Below, piece after piece: positions 61,806 through 64,000 of a stretch of DNA of 64,000 nt. Source of the stretch: Oopsacas minuta. Lineage: Eukaryota; Animalia; Porifera. The translations under genes and the position numbers were made by a program. Within the stretch, counting starts at the first letter, position 1; the number at the start of each line of letters is the position of its first letter. The stretch covers positions 1,268,321 through 1,332,320 of the forward strand of contig JAKMXF010000321.1 of the NCBI GenBank assembly GCA_024704765.1, in the 5' to 3' direction. The notes beneath the pieces are model-generated. The model did no database searches. It worked only from the letters and a program-made list of their open reading frames with translations, and had not been told where the DNA came from.

Positions 61806-64000
61806 TGATGTCGATGTATTAATGATATTACCATATATGGAAATGTGTGAATATCGCATTTCTTAAATTCTACAGGTATTTCCTGTAAACCAACAGTTCT
61901 AAATGGTGACTTTCTTAGTCGGTAGGTATGTATATATATACACATATATGCGCTCGCGAAATTCAGACACAAGTACGCTGAGTCCGAATTTCGCACTTTC
62001 AAGTTTTTCATATGTAAATGTATTGGTGATTATGAATATAAAGTAAACAAAATATCAAATTTCAAAATATTGGTAGAGACTTTCTCTCACAGACATGTAG
62101 GGTATCAGATAACGCTGAATCCGGTTGCCTAGGGGAAAACTACGTTGGTACAGCCGGTAATTTGAGATTTTTAATTATGCACCAAGGTCAATTTTGAAAC
62201 CTCTACGATCTAGCTATTTTCCGAGTCAGTGATGTCTAATTTGGTTACAGTGACGATAAAGCTATTTTCGCTGCTATGTATTTATCCAACAAGTTCAATT
62301 TGGTTGTAAGGACGACCCTGAGGTTCAAGCTAATTAAATTCTTTCTCATTCCTTTTTGATCTGTCTTAATCTTATCGACCTCATTTCGACGTCCCTTAGC
62401 CAGACTCGCCCCCACACGACAAACTCTGGCTCCTATACACTCACCACTGACAGAAATTCATTTCACCCCCTAAAGGAACTAGTTCCCTACTACCACTGAG
62501 GAAAAAAAGTATTCTCCGATCCTCAAAAACTCGCCAAACAACTCCTACCATCTCAAGAAATTTTCTTCCACTCCGGCGAATTCGCGGAAAAGAAGGTGAT
62601 TCGATGAATTTTTATCAAATCGTTATTATAACTTTAACCTAAAAATACCAGCGGAATAGTGTGTTTATTGATTTTGGTACCGAATAAACTTGTCATCTCT
62701 CAGACCCTCAAGGAAATTAGTGTAGAGAGTGTGAGTTTGGTTGGAGAAAACTAATCACCTGTAAAAAACAGAAATATGGGCCCCCTTGGTTAGGATTGAA
62801 ATGAAGAGGATAGTTTATCGCAGTATACAATACATTTCTATTTTGTTGCATCCATTGATAGAGAATAGTTCTGTTATTATACATATATAAATCAACGATA
62901 CTCTTTTCTTTCTTATTTTCTTTAGACAAAAGTGATAGAAGTAAGTGTATCGTGACTATTTGCTTGTGAAGCTTCGGACACAGTGCTGTTATTAGGTGAG
63001 GCCGTTAGTCAGTAAAGGATCTAGTTTCAATTTATGTGTGGTAATTAATTATTGGTACTTATGTATGTATTCTTTTGACGGAGCCAGGATCTAAAATCGA
63101 GAGTTAGCTTTTAGGGATACAGTCAACATCCGTTAACTCGAACCTCAGGAGAAGTCAAAATGAGTTCGAGATAGAGAGTGTTCGAGTAAACGGATGGCCA
63201 ATTTAAGCTCCCAATTTCCCCTACTTCACTTTTTCAAATGATTAAGAGCCCGAAATATTTATTGCATATACGTAGCTCCCTGGAAACGAAAATTAGTGTG
63301 GGCGTACGTCTTAAGCCGAGTAAGTACTAACCTAGTTCTACTGTATTATTCAACATCATTTAACACGAGTTATGGAAAATCAAAGAATCGAAATCATGTA
63401 TAGGAAAGAGTTCACCCACATTAGCCTGCAAAACGAAAATAGAAACATATAGAATATAAAAATAATTAAATGATAGTTCATACAGAAAACTCGAAATAAA
63501 TAAGAAAAATGTTGAAAATATCTTTGCTAAGTACGTACATCGAAACTAGACAAATCGTAAGAGAAGAGTCCAAATAAATATTGAAAAAAAATAGATTATA
63601 CGAGTCGGATATTTTGATCCAATGCCTGGAGAGTTTGGGAATCAGTTTACTACAACCATCTGCTGAAACCAGGTTGTGACTTGGAAAGAGATTTAAAATA
63701 ATAATATAATTAAGCAGCACCTTCGATCATATACATAGCCGTAGACAAGGGGGGGCTTAAGCCCCCCCAAATTTTGCCTCATCAATTCCCGAAAATTCTT
63801 GAAAACATATGTGAAATTATGCTTTATTAATAATTCATGAAGTTATTTCGGATATCTTCCAAACAAACGCATCCTACTCTCATTACAAGTAACAAATTCA
63901 CTTACTAATTCTTTTAATGGTAAACCGTCCGTTCTTTGTTTGTGCACATGAAGTAACAAGCACCAATTCAATCGTGCTTGGCATGTAGTTGTACGCAGCC

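Noticed and set aside
62330-62600. C/A-skewed stretch resembling a LINE remnant (KVFSDPQKLAKQL)
   Set aside because: No RT or endonuclease motif visible.

Overview
AT-rich eukaryotic (animal-like, short GT-AG introns) genomic window; a basal invertebrate such as a sponge is a guess only. Host content is sparse: one large LRRK2-type Roco kinase gene (minus strand, at least 7.7 kb in a single ORF), a solitary 5S rRNA gene, an intact single-exon BEN-domain ORF and a decayed prolyl oligopeptidase fragment. The rest is a nested DNA-transposon graveyard: Tc1/mariner (DD34E, DD37E, and a mariner with an intact ORF but D-D-N triad), hAT relics and MITEs, pogo-like MITEs, a Ginger/KRBA2-type integrase relic, foldback elements and two near-identical inverted P-element/THAP9 copies. 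Two results stand out. (1) A previously hidden, fully delimited 10.65 kb KDZ/Zisupton-like transposon (41189-51838; perfect 8-bp TSD CAAAATTG, 22-bp subterminal inverted repeat) carries two convergent intron-containing genes: a KDZ transposase and a separate Ulp1/SENP-protease-PHD gene with an NRF1-like motif. (2) The LRRK2 has an intact kinase but a ROC domain with all four GTP-binding motifs degenerate (apparent pseudo-GTPase). All alignments were done by eye from memory of reference proteins; no database searches were run.
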